Shown: positions 1 to 10,231 of the stretch, one piece after another
How positions within the stretch are numbered: position 1 is the stretch's first letter
Layout: every line of letters begins with the position of its first letter
From: Cyanobacteria bacterium P01_D01_bin.156
Lineage (GTDB): Bacteria > Cyanobacteriota > Cyanobacteriia > Phormidesmidales > Phormidesmidaceae
Length of the DNA stretch: 35,931 bases
Assembly: GCA_039024555.1 (NCBI GenBank)
Contig: JBCCQQ010000062.1
Span: 1-35,931 of the forward strand
Direction: 5' to 3'
The notes under the pieces: generated by a model
The model's database searches: none
Seen by the model: the letters and a program-made list of their open reading frames with translations, nothing else
What the model was told of the DNA's origin: nothing
Program-made: the position numbers and the translations under genes

Positions 1-139
1 CCTCCGGGGTAGCGCAGTCTTCCAGCAGTTCGTCTAGTAAGTCATCAACGCGGTTCGGTTCTTTTTTCTTGCGGGCCATGGGGCGATCTCCTGATGTACA
101 TGGATGATAGATCGCTTACACAAAATTCTGTACAGTCCC
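1..139 (-). mobile_element. Left end of an IS256-family insertion sequence: terminal inverted repeat plus transposase N-terminus (CDS 79 to <1), truncated by the window edge
   Basis: The minus strand reads GGGACTGTACAGAATTTTGTGTAAG from 139 downward, resembling IS256-type ends. An AGGAG RBS precedes ATG at 79, giving MARKKKEPNRVDDLLDELLEDCATPE, typical of IS256 transposase N-termini. Confidence 0.8.
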
Positions 140-188
140 TCTCTAAATTCAGGCTATTCAACAAAAAACAGCCTGGGGTGTGACTCTG

Positions 189-626
189 ATGATAAAACTG
201 ATTATCCATCCAACGATGCTATTGCTCAACTTCGTGTTAAGTATTCAGTTGTCGTTGAGTTAGCCCCAACAACGCCATGTTGAACGACTAGTGGAGGCGC
301 TGATTGCCAGTCAGGGACGCAAAATCCTGGCCCATTTATTATATAAATGGGTGGATGCCTCGGATGAAAGTGCTGTGAGCGATTTCTTACGAGTCAGCCC
401 ATTGTCCGCTGAGGAGATAAACATCTCGGTATCGGAATTTGGGCTAAGAGAGCTACTTCAACGAGCCTTCCTTGAGAAGCTGACTCCGATAGCTTACGTG
501 AGTTTTGATGACTTGTTGACTGGCAAGGAACAGGACACTCATGCCCTAGAAAGCGTGGACATCCATCATGACCATCATGCCAGTCGAAAGGTAGCATCAA
601 CTGAGATCTTGCACCATTCTATCTAG
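189..626 (+). pseudogene. Degenerate transposase N-terminal fragment, IS701-like
   Basis: ATG at 189 is in frame with the 291..626 ORF but interrupted by TAG at 261-263. The joined translation (LSLS*PQQRHVERLVEALIASQGRKILAHL...SAVSDFLRVSP...YVSFDDLLTGK...LESVDIHHDH) resembles IS701-family DDE transposase N-termini and ends soon after the first acidic motif. Confidence 0.6.
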
Positions 627-669
627 ACATTGAATAAACTAGCCAAATCCTTGTTGAAAGCCATGGCAT

Positions 670-1311
670 TCATCCCAGCGTTTGCATTAGCCATCGTGTG
701 ATTGCACCATCATCATCGGTTTGCGATCTCACCAACGCCTCTTCCACCAAGCTCATCTTCAAACCAGGTAACACCTCAGACACCTCTATTTGCCCACTGC
801 GCCCATCCGCAATAGAAAAAGCAATCACCTGCTGTGTATTCACATCAACAACCCAATACTCTTGAACACCTAATCGTTCATACAGCAGACGCTTGTTACC
901 CAAATCATCGCTGAGGGAACTAGCCCCAACTTCAATCACTAAGGTAGGTGGGCCAAACAATTCTATATTGATAGGCGTATTGTTCTGCGGAGGTAGTTGG
1001 AGCCCTTCACCAATATAGAAAGCAACATCAGGCTGACATTCTCGCTCTCCCACTTGGCGAAAACTACAATTGAGGAATTCAATCAGTCTGATATTGTTCA
1101 ATGCCGCAAAGATATCAGCAACCTTCAAAGCAACAGCATTTTGCCGACCATGCCCTGCACCGAATGCAGCCATTTCTATCCTCATGTAACCCGCATCAAA
1201 GTAAGCCCTGCCATCTTGATAATCAGAGCTATTTATGACAGACAAAAACTCATCCCAAGTCGCCTTGACCCAGGTATCTGTCAAAATCTGTTGTGACCGA
1301 GAAACAACCAT
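670..1311 (-). CDS. Uma2 (DUF820) family putative restriction-endonuclease-like protein
   Basis: Motifs QPDVAFY, PPTLVIEV, KRLLYERLGVQEYWVVD. Start moved to ATG at 1311 (MVVSRSQ) from the TTG at 1359. Confidence 0.9.
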   Translation of the reverse strand: MVVSRSQQILTDTWVKATWDEFLSVINSSDYQDGRAYFDAGYMRIEMAAFGAGHGRQNAVALKVADIFAALNNIRLIEFLNCSFRQVGERECQPDVAFYIGEGLQLPPQNNTPINIELFGPPTLVIEVGASSLSDDLGNKRLLYERLGVQEYWVVDVNTQQVIAFSIADGRSGQIEVSEVLPGLKMSLVEEALVRSQTDDDGAITRWLMQTLG

Positions 1312-1464
1312 GATGGTTACGTAGCATGTCTTTGAATCCAGTGTAAGCTGAAAATTCAAATCAAAAACTAATCACCGTCCTTTACCTCAGTCCCTGACAC
1401 AGTCTTTATGCCTATTTTCGCAACTGCTAGAATAGAGTGCACAGTAGATTAACCAGTACATCTG

Positions 1465-2040
1465 ATGACTGCTTTAACCGTTAATCTTGAATCGGCCATC
1501 ACCATCACCGACCAGCAGTTCTATCAGCTCTGTCGTCAGAACCCTGACCTAAAGTTTGAGCGTACCGCCGAAGGAAATCTAGTCATCATGTCACCGACTG
1601 GTGGAGAAACGGGAAACCGCAATGGTCGCCTCATTCAGCAGCTATTCAACTGGTCCGACAATAACGAATTAGGCATTGTCTTTGACTCATCCACCGGTTT
1701 CAAACTACCCAATGGAGCCGACCGCTCACCCGATGCCGCCTGGGTCGCTTTAGAACGATGGCAAGCGCTCACCCCCGAGCAACAAGAACAGTTCGTACCC
1801 CTCTGTCCGGACTTCGTAGTGGAGCTGATGTCCCCCAGCGATACCCTCAGCAAAGCTCAAGAAAAAATGGCCGAGTACCTGGATAATGGAGTTCGACTTG
1901 GTTGGTTAATTAATCGTAAACAACGATTTGTTGAAATTTATCGCCCTAATCAACCAGTCGAAAAAGTAGAAAATCCAACTCAGCTATCAGGAGAAGATGT
2001 GCTTTCTGGCTTTAATCTGAAGCTATCTTACATTTGGTAA
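1465..2040 (+). CDS. Uma2 (DUF820) family protein
   Basis: FDSSTGFKLPNGADRSPDAAW, CPDFVVELMSPSD and KMAEYLDNGVRLGWLI are classic cyanobacterial Uma2 motifs. Confidence 0.95.
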   Translation: MTALTVNLESAITITDQQFYQLCRQNPDLKFERTAEGNLVIMSPTGGETGNRNGRLIQQLFNWSDNNELGIVFDSSTGFKLPNGADRSPDAAWVALERWQALTPEQQEQFVPLCPDFVVELMSPSDTLSKAQEKMAEYLDNGVRLGWLINRKQRFVEIYRPNQPVEKVENPTQLSGEDVLSGFNLKLSYIW

Positions 2041-2053
2041 GTAGAAGTAACCG

Positions 2054-2519
2054 CTATTCAGGTTTAGTCACCTTATTAATTACTTCCTGAGGATGTACAA
2101 CTGTAATACCTGGAACTCCCGAAAAATCATTCGGATTCAACGTCAGGATATGGGCTAATATCAGAAGTCATCATTACTGCCACAATACGAGCATCGTGAG
2201 TACGTTTACCCTTGATTTGATTATCAGTAACAAGAGCGAACCAGTTTGAGAAAATATCAGTAGTCTCACCTGCTAAAGGAAAACGGTTCAACAATTGTTC
2301 AATAACATCGTGCGTTTTCTCAGTCGACCATCCCAAACCATTCACATCAGCTGGGCGGGTAGCAACAACCCATAACTCAATTAAAACTTGTGCTGTCAAA
2401 TAACACTCATGGCCCTGCATCAACAAAGTAGCCACAGCTTCAGCAGCGAGAGCATGTCGAGCATCAGATGGATTGCTGAAACGCAAAATAACGTTGGTGT
2501 CGAGCAAATATTTAGTCAT
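2054..2519 (-). pseudogene. PIN-domain (VapC-like) toxin with a +1 frameshift near the C-terminus
   Basis: YLLDTNVIL, QVLIELWVVATRP, HDARIVAVM. The ORF ends at 2127, but deleting one base of GGG at 2152-2154 restores ISHILTLNPNDFSGVPGITVVHPQE to TAG at 2054-2056 (155 codons). Confidence 0.8.
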
Positions 2520-2770
2520 TACTCATAAATATTGCCACGGTCAAACGCCTCATCAGTCAGACCAATGCTCGTTTGAGGCAGTTGAGTGACCCAGCTACGG
2601 AAATCCTCAGCGCGTTCTGCTGGTGTTGCACGTTGCCAGAATGGAATGGCCTGAGCTAATTGCTGGGTCTGGTTTTTGACCAAATTAATAAAGTCAGCGA
2701 TTCTCCTCAGCTGACCGTCACTGAGCTGATCAATTTCTTGCTTCAGAGTTTCCCGCAGCATGCTCTTCAT
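2519..2770 (-). CDS. Putative antitoxin upstream of the PIN toxin
   Basis: 83-aa ORF whose stop overlaps the toxin start (TAATG). The C-terminus LTDEAFDRGNIYE is typical of small PIN partners. Confidence 0.75.
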   Translation of the reverse strand: MKSMLRETLKQEIDQLSDGQLRRIADFINLVKNQTQQLAQAIPFWQRATPAERAEDFRSWVTQLPQTSIGLTDEAFDRGNIYE

Positions 2771-2868
2771 CCGAACGTTAATCCTAAGATTAACTGATCT
2801 ATGTCTCTATTCGCCATGTGGCCATCTGCCTACTGGGGATTGCTTTAGCTACTAGATGTTCAGGTTAT

Positions 2869-5800
2869 TTACGAAACCGTCTTAGAAGCATTCGGTGTAA
2901 GCTGCAAATACAATCCTGGCACTACCAATAACGCAATCAACGTCGCCGACAACAATCCAAAAACAATTGCCATAAACAACGGAAACCACTGCGCATCACT
3001 CAACGCCAATGGCAACAAACCAATAATCGTTGTAATCGACGTTGTCAAAATCGGCCTGAGTCTATCGCTAGCCCCCGCCGCCGCCGCATGACGCACATCC
3101 AATCCTTCCTTGCGCCGGTCGTTCATCGTCTCCACCATCACGATCGCATCATTCACCACAATCCCCACCAGCGCAATTACACCAATCATCGCCGGAAACG
3201 AGAACGATAGACCCAGGGCAAAGAACCCAAACAACGTGCCAATTAACGCAAAGGGAATCGTCAGAATAATAATCAACGGCTGCGTGTATGAGCCAAACTG
3301 CAACACCAGCACTGCAAACACTAGGAAGATCGCCACTATCAGCATCTGTCCCGCAGAGCCAAAGGTTTCACTGCTGGTGTCCGCATCCCCACCAAACCGG
3401 TAAGAATATCCCCTGGGCCAACGCTCAGAATTATCCGCATCCGTTGGGTCATGCTGCATCGCCTCTAGCTTTGGCGTTAACTCCGCCAAAATCTCCGTAT
3501 CGTAAAAGTCTTGCCCTGGAATTACCTTGGCTAACACCGTTACACTACGCTGGGTATCCCGGTGGGTAATGGCTAGCGGCACCGCACCCGGCACCTCTTC
3601 TAACAAAGCATTAGGTGATATGGCCTCACCATCGGCATTAATAAACCGCATGGTGGCAAATTCATCTAAGCGAGAAGGTCCACCGATGCGTCCTTGCTGC
3701 GATGGCCATTGCGTACTGAGGCGAATCTCTAAATCTTCTTCACCACTGCCAACGGCAAAGTCGCCCACATCGTTGTCGATCATCATATAGCGACCCTGCA
3801 GACCCACTTCATCCTGGCTAATGCCATAGAAGTTCAAGGACTCTCGCTTGGGCACTAGCTTATAATCTTCCCGCAGGTTACCCAGATCATCCCGCACATC
3901 CATGGTGCCAGGAATCTCTCGCAGGGCCTGTTGCACATTGGTGGAGATTTCCCTTAAGGTTTGCAGATCTTCGCCATAAATTTCGATTTGTACGGGGTCT
4001 GCCCCACCTCCAGCAATGGGGTATCCGGTGCTCAATACAGCCCCTGGATAGTTACGGATAATCTCATTCTCTAGCTGCACTTTGAGATCGTAGGCATACT
4101 CAAACGAATCCCGTGCCCGCTGATCGCGATCCACAAATACGGCTGAGATACCTACAAAATAGTCGGCATTCCCCGGTTTAATTTCACTGGAGGCGACAAG
4201 ATTACTTCGCTGTCCCACCAGCTTCACCACGCTGTTAAAGACTTTTTTGCCATTAGGGTCACTGCAGTTACGCACCACTTCGCCCATGCGGTCCGCCACT
4301 TCTTGGGAGGTTTCTAGGGTAGCGGCTGGGGGCAGTTCTACATTGAGGCTGAGTTTGTTATCGTCGCTAACGGCAAAAAGAGAACTGGGCAGCTGGCTAA
4401 ATAAAATGACAGCGCACACAAATAGGGCTATAGCTCCTGCGGTCCACAGTCGGGCCACATGGCGGTTGGGCACCGTCATCCGCAGGCTCCAGTGGGAAAA
4501 TTTCTCTGAGGTGACTTCGGTTAAGCGATCCACATAGGTTTTAGACTCGCCATGGCCCCCTTGATTCCCTAAGAGAAACTTAGACAGGGGGACCACTGCC
4601 AGCAGTGCCAGGGCATAGCTCATCACCAGACAGGTAATGGCGCTAATGGGAATTAGTCGGATAAATTTACCCAGGGTACCGGAAATGGCCATTAGTGGAG
4701 CCATGGCCAAAATAGTGGTGAGCTGTCCGGTAAAGGCGGGAGAAGCGTAGGTTTGCACCGTTTTAATGGCCGCTTTAGACCAGCTCAGACCCTGAACAAA
4801 AATGCCATCGTGCAGCCCTTCTAGCATGAGGATAAACACATCCACCAGTAAACCTAAGGCAAGAATCATGCCCACGGTCACCATGGTGTTAAGGGTGTAG
4901 CCCAGCATCCACAGGATGAACAATACCCCGGCAAAGGTCATGGGAATGGCCAGACCGGCGATGAGGGCTTCCCGCCAGGTGAGGGCCACAAATAAAATGA
5001 CAAACACCAGCAGCGATGCCTGCAAGACATTGGCCGCAAGATTGGATAGGTCGTTGCGAATGGAATCAGCATCGTTGGTGATCACCTGGTAGTCCATGCC
5101 ATAGAGCCACAGGTTTGGGTCCTGCTTAGCCAATTCCATTTCGGCTAGCACATCGTCGATTACCTGGATAGTGTCGCTACCGGCAACTTTGACTACCTCT
5201 AGGTTAATGGTGGGACTAAACTCGCTGCCTGCCCAGCTGAGAAAAGCGCGCTGGGTCTCTCTCTCCAGCCCCTGGTACACATCGGCCACTTCCTCAAGGC
5301 GCACGACGCGATTCTCGTCTAATCGACTAACGGGTAGATTTTTGAGGTCGTCTAGGGTGCGAAATCGACCGTAAAGTCTCACCTGGGCACCAATTTCGTC
5401 ATCTCGCACCAAATCCCAGGATCGGTCAATGTTGCCTCCCTGGATGGCATTGCGCACCTGAGTGGAAGAAATTCCCAAGGTGGTGAGACGGCTGGGAATC
5501 ATTTGAACATGGACGACTTCATCTCGCTGACCGCCGAGATTTACCTCCCGCACATTTTGTACCGATTCCAGACGTTCTTGTAGGTCTTCAGAAACCCGAC
5601 TCAGTAGGCCAATATCCAACCCTTCTCCCGTTAGGGCCAGGGTAAGTACCGGGGAATCTTGTTGGGACAATTGTTCAAAGCTAGGCTTTTCTCGTCCTGT
5701 GGACTCTTCCGGCAGTTCGGATTCGGCATCGTCCACCTTGCCCCGCAGTTCTTGAATAGACTCAGCCACCGGAGCCTCGGCTTTAAAGGCCACATTGATA

Positions 5801-6129
5801 ATTGAAAATGAGTTAAAGGTGGCGCTGGTAAAGTCGTCTAGGCCCTGGAGACTTTTGATTTCTTCTTCCAGCTTGTCGGTGACCTGGTTTTCGATGGTTT
5901 CTGCATCGGTGCCCCCCCAGGTGGTGGTGATCATGGCACGGGCAATTTTAATTTCGGGGTCTCCTTCCTTCACCATGGAGAAGTAGCCCATCAGCCCCCC
6001 CATGAACAACATAAAACAGAGGAGGATGGCAAAGATCTGACGGGTAAAGAAGAACTCCATCCAGGCAGGGAATGTCCCTGTTTCCAACCCCGGCTCTTCC
6101 CTAGGGGCAACGCGCTCTTCGATTTGCAT
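2869..6129 (-). CDS. RND efflux transporter permease (AcrB/AcrD/AcrF family)
   Basis: 1086 aa with a 1+5+1+5 TM pattern and two large periplasmic loops; motifs IENQVTDKLEE, GLLVD, GIVVNDAI, RLRPILTT. Confidence 0.95.
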   Translation of the reverse strand: MQIEERVAPREEPGLETGTFPAWMEFFFTRQIFAILLCFMLFMGGLMGYFSMVKEGDPEIKIARAMITTTWGGTDAETIENQVTDKLEEEIKSLQGLDDFTSATFNSFSIINVAFKAEAPVAESIQELRGKVDDAESELPEESTGREKPSFEQLSQQDSPVLTLALTGEGLDIGLLSRVSEDLQERLESVQNVREVNLGGQRDEVVHVQMIPSRLTTLGISSTQVRNAIQGGNIDRSWDLVRDDEIGAQVRLYGRFRTLDDLKNLPVSRLDENRVVRLEEVADVYQGLERETQRAFLSWAGSEFSPTINLEVVKVAGSDTIQVIDDVLAEMELAKQDPNLWLYGMDYQVITNDADSIRNDLSNLAANVLQASLLVFVILFVALTWREALIAGLAIPMTFAGVLFILWMLGYTLNTMVTVGMILALGLLVDVFILMLEGLHDGIFVQGLSWSKAAIKTVQTYASPAFTGQLTTILAMAPLMAISGTLGKFIRLIPISAITCLVMSYALALLAVVPLSKFLLGNQGGHGESKTYVDRLTEVTSEKFSHWSLRMTVPNRHVARLWTAGAIALFVCAVILFSQLPSSLFAVSDDNKLSLNVELPPAATLETSQEVADRMGEVVRNCSDPNGKKVFNSVVKLVGQRSNLVASSEIKPGNADYFVGISAVFVDRDQRARDSFEYAYDLKVQLENEIIRNYPGAVLSTGYPIAGGGADPVQIEIYGEDLQTLREISTNVQQALREIPGTMDVRDDLGNLREDYKLVPKRESLNFYGISQDEVGLQGRYMMIDNDVGDFAVGSGEEDLEIRLSTQWPSQQGRIGGPSRLDEFATMRFINADGEAISPNALLEEVPGAVPLAITHRDTQRSVTVLAKVIPGQDFYDTEILAELTPKLEAMQHDPTDADNSERWPRGYSYRFGGDADTSSETFGSAGQMLIVAIFLVFAVLVLQFGSYTQPLIIILTIPFALIGTLFGFFALGLSFSFPAMIGVIALVGIVVNDAIVMVETMNDRRKEGLDVRHAAAAGASDRLRPILTTSITTIIGLLPLALSDAQWFPLFMAIVFGLLSATLIALLVVPGLYLQLTPNASKTVS

Positions 6130-6134
6130 AGGTC

Positions 6135-7604
6135 CTAGTTCCGGTCAACAATCTCGACAGGGGTACCGTCCACCAGACGGTTTTGGCCTTCAATGACCAC
6201 CAGCTCACCCGGTTCAACACCAGCGAGAATTTCCACACCGGAGAGCCCTTCGATGCCCCCTGTGACCCGGCGCTGTTGCACGGTGCCATCGGCTTCGTTA
6301 ACGACAAACACAAAGAACTGCTGATTTCTGGAGACAACGGCCCCCACAGGCAGGACCACGGCGTTGCGATCGCTAGCCACTTCAATCCAGGCATATACCC
6401 GACCCCCCACTTTTAGGTTACCGACCTGTTCTAAACCACGAATGGTAATTTCCGTGCCCCGACTACCGGGGGTTTGGGACGGACTCACCGCAAACACTCG
6501 GCCCCGACTGCCGCGCTGTCTGGCAATCTCCAATAGTCCTTGGGAGCTAGCGCCAGCAGCCTGGGCAGCGCTAACTTCTTCTTCTAACACCACGTAGGTC
6601 AGCTGGCCTGGCTGAATCTCGTCCGCTTCATCCGCCTGCAGTTCCAACTCCACCTCATAGGATTCGGGATTAACCACCACAATCGGTGCCGATTCAATCA
6701 AATTCTGAGGGGTGCTGGTATTTAGGTATTGGGTGCTCCAATATTCCCCTTCACGGATATTGATGTAGGCCACCACCCCATCAATGGGGGATACCAGCTG
6801 GGTATCTTCTAAATCAACCGCATTCTGGTTAAGGCGAGCCACGGAGGCATTCACCGAAGCTTCGGACGAACGAATATTTTCTTCCGCTGAGCGCACATCC
6901 TGTTGAGCCGTTTTGAGGGCAGCAACAGCCTGGTCTACTCGGTTAACATAGGCGTCGCGATCGCTCTCCGAAACGGCCCCCTGGGCAAATAGATTTTCAT
7001 AGCGACGTAGCTCCGTTTCCGCCAGGGCCAGGTCTGACTCAGCCCGTTCTAAACTGGCCTGGGACTGTAACAAACCCGCCTTAGACTGGCTCAGCTGAGT
7101 TTCAGACACCAGAATATCCGCTTCTGCCGTAGCAATGCTCGATTCTTGCCGACGGGCATCAATGGTCGCCAGCAGCTGCCCTCGGGAGACAAAATCCCCC
7201 TCCCGCAGTTCCACACCGTTGACCTTGGCGATGTAGGTAATGTCGCCACTGGCCTGAAAATTCAGCAGTCGTCGCTGTACGGGCCATACTGAGCCCTCGT
7301 CAAACACCCATCCCTGGATGGGGCCTTTTTGTGCCCTGAGCACCCGCACCGGCAAACGGGCTAAGTTAAGGCCAGCGTCTTCAGTGTCTTCCGCTGGAGG
7401 TGCTGCGGTTAACGTGCGATAGGCTCTAACACCTACCAGACCGGCCACCACCAGCATGGCTAAGGCAACCGCTGGCCAAAGGGGTTTATTAGACTTACGA
7501 CGCCACCCGGAGGAAGAGCTAGATGGTGAGGCGGGAGGTGTGTCAACAGCCACGTTTGCTGGCATATCAACTGGCGGTTGGGGCTTGATACCGTCAGAGG
7601 TCAT
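6135..7604 (-). CDS. RND periplasmic adaptor (membrane fusion protein)
   Basis: N-terminal TM, lipoyl half-motifs (GDFVSRGQLLA, LVSPIDGVV), long coiled coil, C-terminal GVEPGELVVIEGQ; 5 bp upstream of the RND gene. Confidence 0.93.
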   Translation of the reverse strand: MTSDGIKPQPPVDMPANVAVDTPPASPSSSSSGWRRKSNKPLWPAVALAMLVVAGLVGVRAYRTLTAAPPAEDTEDAGLNLARLPVRVLRAQKGPIQGWVFDEGSVWPVQRRLLNFQASGDITYIAKVNGVELREGDFVSRGQLLATIDARRQESSIATAEADILVSETQLSQSKAGLLQSQASLERAESDLALAETELRRYENLFAQGAVSESDRDAYVNRVDQAVAALKTAQQDVRSAEENIRSSEASVNASVARLNQNAVDLEDTQLVSPIDGVVAYINIREGEYWSTQYLNTSTPQNLIESAPIVVVNPESYEVELELQADEADEIQPGQLTYVVLEEEVSAAQAAGASSQGLLEIARQRGSRGRVFAVSPSQTPGSRGTEITIRGLEQVGNLKVGGRVYAWIEVASDRNAVVLPVGAVVSRNQQFFVFVVNEADGTVQQRRVTGGIEGLSGVEILAGVEPGELVVIEGQNRLVDGTPVEIVDRN

Positions 7605-7842
7605 AGAAAGCGGTAAAACTTAGTTGGGCAGATGATATGAAATTGTTGCCGTAATTATGCTGCCAAATGTTTTCTTGGAATTCAAGCTAATAGAACACAT
7701 TAGGGTAAAGTCGTAACATGGGTTAGCAATTGCTCCCACTGGCCATACCGCTAGTGAGCCAAACTCTCCATCACGGCGGCTATGGAAAATGTTGGGCGGG
7801 TTGCGACACATACGGCATTAAACTTAGGCTGTAGCTTCATAA

Positions 7843-8322
7843 TTAAGCTTTAACTAAAACACTTGGCTCACAACGTATTGGGAAATTAACAGAGTTGGCG
7901 ATAAAACAACGTTCATGGGCCTGCCTATGGAGCCGCTCTGCATGAATAAGGTCACTCCCTGGCTGAACAGTGACAACGGGCTTCAAAACAACCTCTGTGA
8001 AATGGCCTCCCCCATTGGGAGTTTCTGCCATCGTGCCAGCCGCATTGTCACTGTATGCGGTGATGATAATCTTCGCGTCAGAACACAGGTGCAGATACCA
8101 GAGCATATGGCATGCTGAGAGTGACGCCACCAAAAACTCTTCAGGATTATAGCGTCCTGGGTCGCCACGAAATGTTGGATCGGCTGAACCGAGAATTGTG
8201 GGTTTGCCTTCAGTTGTTATTTCGTACGACCGTTCATAGGATCTGTAGTTAGTAGTCCCTTTCCCAACGTTCCCAGTCCACTGAACATTTACTGCATAGC
8301 CATGTTTTTTACCACCAGCCAT
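7843..8322 (-). CDS. OsmC/Ohr family protein
   Basis: NPEEFLVASLSACHMLWYL and AHERCFIANSV carry the two conserved Cys motifs. Confidence 0.92.
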   Translation of the reverse strand: MAGGKKHGYAVNVQWTGNVGKGTTNYRSYERSYEITTEGKPTILGSADPTFRGDPGRYNPEEFLVASLSACHMLWYLHLCSDAKIIITAYSDNAAGTMAETPNGGGHFTEVVLKPVVTVQPGSDLIHAERLHRQAHERCFIANSVNFPIRCEPSVLVKA

Positions 8323-8413
8323 TAATAAACTCTCCTAAACGACCTAACATCAATTATCAACTGTTGTCGAGGCATATTTTCACGTAGTTATGCTAAGTGA
8401 AAGAATCGATTTT

Positions 8414-8751
8414 ACTAATAAACATTATTGGAAATAGTGAGAGTTGCCATCTGCCGTTCTGCTCTGTTCCCTTGGTCTATCGGCTAGTGCTAACATCGTA
8501 GCTCTAAGTGAAAGTTGTGTAGCCCGCAAGCTGTTTCCATCACATCATCCACAAATTCCTCTTCCACTTCCACCCGAAGACTCGATTGATCACTAATGAC
8601 TCAATCTTAGATGGGTTGAAACCCATTAAGCAGCAAAGCATACGAGCTTTATTTTCAGAGTTGCATACTGTATTCTTATCTAACCTAACCTGAGTAGTGA
8701 TACGAGCAGATATGCTAGCAAATGCTCGTATCTCCCATGAAGTCTATTAGT
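8414..8751 (-). mobile_element. MITE-like relic of an IS5/ISL2-type element
   Basis: Imperfect terminal inverted repeats at 8415-8436 and 8729-8750 (17/22 matches). The internal minus-strand frame 8600-8490 reads SSLRVEVEEEFVDDVMETACGLHNFHL, resembling a deleted DDE transposase C-terminus. Confidence 0.55.
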
Positions 8752-8774
8752 CCAAAAACTGACTAAAAATGGCA

Positions 8775-9449
8775 TTATTTCCGGTTTGTGGACCGCTGGG
8801 CAAGATAGCTGCCGATTAAGATGGCAATCAGCACTGAAGAATACATTTGCCCCACAATGGCTTGTAAATTTGTAAATACCTGGGCCACTTCACTGAGGGG
8901 AACGATATCGCCGTAGCCGAGAGTTGTTAGGGTAGTGAAACTAAAGTGGATTGTTCTTAAATAAGAGCCCTGCTGAATCAATGGTTGTGAAAAGGCATTG
9001 GCATCTAATGTGTTGATAATGCCGTATAGCAAAGCCCACACAAATCCGATCAGCATATAAACGCTGATGCCACCACGTACAGTGTCAATGGTGACGGTGC
9101 GAGTAGTAAAGATATCTCGCCCAATCCAGTAGGCTGCCCCAGCTAGATACGTGACAAAAATAAATTGGGAAGTGAGGCTAAACGGTCGATTTAGATAGGA
9201 CACCCAGCCAAAGGTAGAGATAACTTCTAAGCAAAAGGCAATGATTGCGATCGCACCATATATTGTCAACAACTTTCTTGGTAGCGAAAAGCTGTGGATA
9301 ATCACAAGAATGGTATACAACAGCAGTGAGATGGAAAAAATGTTACCAATTCCCTGTTGTAAAAAAGGAGCAATTAGAAAAATAACAACCAGAACAATCA
9401 GTAACTGTCGATATTTTGGATGGTTGTGAGGAGGAGGATACAGGGGCAT
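8775..9449 (-). CDS. Potassium channel family protein
   Basis: Selectivity filter FSFTTLTTLGYGDIVP flanked by TM helices, with additional N-terminal TMs. Confidence 0.92.
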   Translation of the reverse strand: MPLYPPPHNHPKYRQLLIVLVVIFLIAPFLQQGIGNIFSISLLLYTILVIIHSFSLPRKLLTIYGAIAIIAFCLEVISTFGWVSYLNRPFSLTSQFIFVTYLAGAAYWIGRDIFTTRTVTIDTVRGGISVYMLIGFVWALLYGIINTLDANAFSQPLIQQGSYLRTIHFSFTTLTTLGYGDIVPLSEVAQVFTNLQAIVGQMYSSVLIAILIGSYLAQRSTNRK

Positions 9450-9670
9450 AGGCAGCTCTAGTAATCGCCCCCTTAAGATAGGCTATACATCGAGGATCAA
9501 TAAACTGCTTCATCCTGCACTCAATAGCCATTCAGACAAGGCATGAGTGATTCAAATTCAACTCTATCGGGACAATAGCTGATTATTTTGAGCTAAATTG
9601 AAAAATCTTCTGAAGGTCTTACTAAACTGCTCTGGAATGCAGCTTAGAATGAACCGTTAGACGATAATGA

Positions 9671-10231
9671 ATGATGCGGAAGAAGTCTATGAAATTCTTG
9701 GCCGGCCTTTGTCTGGTATCTAGCTTGGTCATTTCCCCCAGCATCGCTCACGCTGAAGAACAATTATCCCTATTGCTAAACCTTCAGTATAAAACTGATA
9801 CCAACACGACTAGAGAGGTTCAGTTTTATGGCAATGATATCAACCCTAACTCTATCTCCGTGGACGATCGCTTTTCGTTGACCATTGGTGGTGAACCCAT
9901 CGAGGTACCTGAGCAAATTTATAGACGGTTAGATCGGTTAAGGCGGAGCTTTAGTTATGACAGCCTTTCAGGTGGTATTCAACAACCAACAGATGGAGGC
10001 ATACGTTGTACGTTGGGCGGTCCTGCCCAGGGCATGATTTTAGAAACCCGCTATCTCACGTTTAAGACTCCTGAATATAGAATTGTCAGCCATGAAATGC
10101 GCCCTGTATTTGGCATGGCTCAGAACTGTCTATTTACTGAGCGTTATCAGCCCGCAGATGCCCACGCGCAATCAGATGCTCGAGCTGTCGTTGAAATTTT
10201 GAATACGCTTAATCTGCTGATGACCCCCTAG
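9671..10231 (+). CDS. Hypothetical secreted protein
   Basis: 186-aa ORF with a Sec-type signal (MMRKKSMKFLAGLCLVSSLVISPSIAHA/EE); no recognised family. Confidence 0.7.
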   Translation: MMRKKSMKFLAGLCLVSSLVISPSIAHAEEQLSLLLNLQYKTDTNTTREVQFYGNDINPNSISVDDRFSLTIGGEPIEVPEQIYRRLDRLRRSFSYDSLSGGIQQPTDGGIRCTLGGPAQGMILETRYLTFKTPEYRIVSHEMRPVFGMAQNCLFTERYQPADAHAQSDARAVVEILNTLNLLMTP

